Source of the DNA: Dehalococcoidia bacterium | GTDB taxonomy: Bacteria > Chloroflexota > Dehalococcoidia > Lucifugimonadales > UBA3495 | Direction: 5' to 3' | Assembly: GCA_963667765.2 (NCBI GenBank) | Contig: CAXXON010000001.1 | Span: 1,055,087 to 1,119,086 of the forward strand | Length of the DNA stretch: 64,000 nucleotides | Part shown: piece after piece, positions 62,265-64,000 of the stretch | Layout: every line of letters begins with the position of its first letter | How positions within the stretch are numbered: position 1 is the first letter of the stretch | The notes under the pieces: generated by a model | Database searches by the model: none | Seen by the model: the letters and a program-made list of their open reading frames with translations, nothing else | What the model was told of the DNA's origin: nothing | Made by a program: the position numbers and the translations under genes

Positions 62265-64000
62265 TCAGTGCCTGGGTCCGGGCCGCCACTCGATGACCTC
62301 GGTCTCCTCCGGGGTGGCCTCGATGCGGACGGGAAAGCGGTTGCCCCTAGCTAGGAGCAATCCGTCGCCCCGGGGACAGGACAGCAGCCAGCGTTGCAGT
62401 TCTTCGGGCAGGTCGAAGGCTTCGCCCACGGTGCTGACGGCGGCGGCGTCCTGCTGGAGCAGCAGCTTGAAGGCGGCGTTCTGCAACAGCGCCCGCCCCG
62501 AATGACCGGTGATGGCCCGGGAGGAGTCCTCGGAGAGGAGGTCCTGCACGTCCTGGGTGATGAACTGCAACCCCAGCCGATGCTTTCTTGCCCGTTTCGC
62601 CATCGACACCATGAAGGCCGCGCCCTCGGGGTGCTGCATGATGGACCACACCTCGTCCACCACCAGCAGGCGAGGCCGGGGGTCCTGGGCGGCGGCGGCC
62701 CAGACCGTCTCGGTGCAGACCATGGCCGCCGCCGGCCTCAGTTCCGGCTCCAGCAGGTGCAGGTCGAAGACGGTGACCAGGGCCTCGCGGGCCAGCAGGT
62801 CGTCGCCCTCGTCGGAGAGCAGGTCCCGCAGGCTGCCGGTGGCGAAGGGGCGCAGCAGGTGGGCGATCTCCGGCGTCTCCCCTTCCAGGTAGGCGTAGAA
62901 GTCGCGGAAGCCGGTGCGCTCCCTTCTCTCGGAGTAGTAACCGGCCAAGGCGTGGTCCAGGGAGGAACGGCGCTCGGCGGACAGCCTTTCACCTACCATG
63001 ACTTCAATCAACCGGCGCAGGCTGCCGATGCGTTGGAGCAGTTCCTCGCTGTCGCCCCGGTCGATGACGAAGGGGTTCATGCCCTGGCCGGGGACGCCGG
63101 GGGAAAGCACCCGTCCGCCCGCCGCTCTCGCCATGTCGGTGTACTCGCCCTCCGGGTCGATGACGTAGGCCCGCACTCCGCGGCACAGGCCCCGCAGCAC
63201 GCCCAGCTTGGTGGCGAAACTCTTGCCGCTGCCGGAACGGGCCAGGACGGCGGTGTTGGCGTTCAGGTGGGTGCCGTCGAAGGGGTCGTAGACGATGGGG
63301 GCGCAGGCCCGCAGATCTATGCCGTAGAGGGTGCCGCTGCGGGTGTCCAGGTCCGGCGGCGAGAAGGGGAACAGCCTCGCCAATGACGACGTGTCCAGAG
63401 TCCGCCACACCGCCACGCCGTTCAGGCCCAGGGGCAGGGTGGACAGCAGTCCCTCCCGCTGGCGGAAGGCCAGGTTGTCCAGCTTTCCCAGGGTGGCGGC
63501 GAAGTGGGCGCGCGCTTTTTGTGTAAGGTCCTTGAGCGTGTCGGCGTTATCAGCGTGCAACGTCACCGACAACGATGCGTGGAACAGTCGCTCCCGGCCG
63601 CGCTGCACCTCGTCCCGTAGCCGGGAAACGTCCTCCAGGGCGATCTCCGCTTCCGGGGACATGGAGCGGCCCCGCTTGAAGGACAGGGACTGGGCCGACT
63701 CGAAGCGGACCTTCTGCCATTCCAGGGTGCGGGCCGCCTGCTCCGCCGGTATCGCTCCCAGGTGAACGGATAAATCCATGGGCGCTCCGGCGGCCATCAG
63801 GCCTTGCAGGAAGCCGGGGGCCAACGAGCGGGGCCACTTGCCCAGGTGCAAAGAGCGGACCAGGCGCTGGCCGACGCGGATGTCCCGGCGGTTGACCTCC
63901 ACCTCCAGTTCAGCGTCCTCTTCGCGCTCCACCGGCGAACCGCCCAGGGCGGTGGACAGCCAGAACAGTCGCAACGGCTCCCCCGCCAGGGGAAACACCC
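62265..64000 (-). CDS. VirB4/TraE-like conjugation ATPase; N-terminus lies outside the window
   Basis: Walker A LARSGSGKSF and Walker B RLLVVDEVWSIM. The frame is open to the window edge. Confidence 0.8.
   Translation of the reverse strand, partial: VFPLAGEPLRLFWLSTALGGSPVEREEDAELEVEVNRRDIRVGQRLVRSLHLGKWPRSLAPGFLQGLMAAGAPMDLSVHLGAIPAEQAARTLEWQKVRFESAQSLSFKRGRSMSPEAEIALEDVSRLRDEVQRGRERLFHASLSVTLHADNADTLKDLTQKARAHFAATLGKLDNLAFRQREGLLSTLPLGLNGVAVWRTLDTSSLARLFPFSPPDLDTRSGTLYGIDLRACAPIVYDPFDGTHLNANTAVLARSGSGKSFATKLGVLRGLCRGVRAYVIDPEGEYTDMARAAGGRVLSPGVPGQGMNPFVIDRGDSEELLQRIGSLRRLIEVMVGERLSAERRSSLDHALAGYYSERRERTGFRDFYAYLEGETPEIAHLLRPFATGSLRDLLSDEGDDLLAREALVTVFDLHLLEPELRPAAAMVCTETVWAAAAQDPRPRLLVVDEVWSIMQHPEGAAFMVSMAKRARKHRLGLQFITQDVQDLLSEDSSRAITGHSGRALLQNAAFKLLLQQDAAAVSTVGEAFDLPEELQRWLLSCPRGDGLLLARGNRFPVRIEATPEETEVIEWRPGPRH

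Larger units (their letters stand above)
54961..64000. mobile_element. One end of an integrative conjugative element inserted at tRNA-Ala; the far end lies beyond the window
   Basis: It starts right after the tRNA CCA. It carries a serine recombinase, RHH/HTH regulators, a replication-relaxation gene, a coupling protein and a VirB4-like ATPase, all on the minus strand. Hand-counted G+C is 42-50 of 60 in three sampled lines. Confidence 0.75.

Overview
High-GC bacterial DNA. About 55 kb is chromosome, followed by the first 9 kb of an integrated conjugative element. The gene content and the abundant small palindromic repeats suggest a Chloroflexota/SAR202-like marine heterotroph; this is inference only, with no rRNA or search to support it.

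Chromosomal part:
- Core genes: malate synthase G, a MetE-like methionine synthase, exonuclease III, aroQ, glmU, and the dnaG-rpoD pair.
- Catabolic and transport genes in many paralogues: three amidase-signature enzymes, two LLM flavin oxidoreductases, an HpaB-like monooxygenase, a CaiB/BaiF CoA-transferase, a molybdopterin hydroxylase large subunit, three beta-propeller lactonase-like proteins, two VOC proteins, two MFS transporters, and a peptide-type ABC importer.

Three families of short REP/MITE-like palindromes occupy many intergenic regions. Their translations account for several spurious ORFs in the track.

At 54885-54960 lies tRNA-Ala(GGC). Directly after its CCA end begins an even more GC-rich element. 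It encodes a large serine recombinase, small RHH/HTH regulators, a frameshifted replication-relaxation gene, a type IV coupling protein and a VirB4-like ATPase that is cut by the window end.

The best candidate for an undescribed system is a small, lower-GC islet at 32.9-34.0 kb. There a ThsB-like TIR gene is translationally coupled to a 169-aa helical protein of unknown family, with no known Thoeris effector nearby. It overlaps a PLC-like glycerophosphodiester phosphodiesterase gene.

All calls rest on reading the translated ORFs and hand-located motifs. No database search was run.
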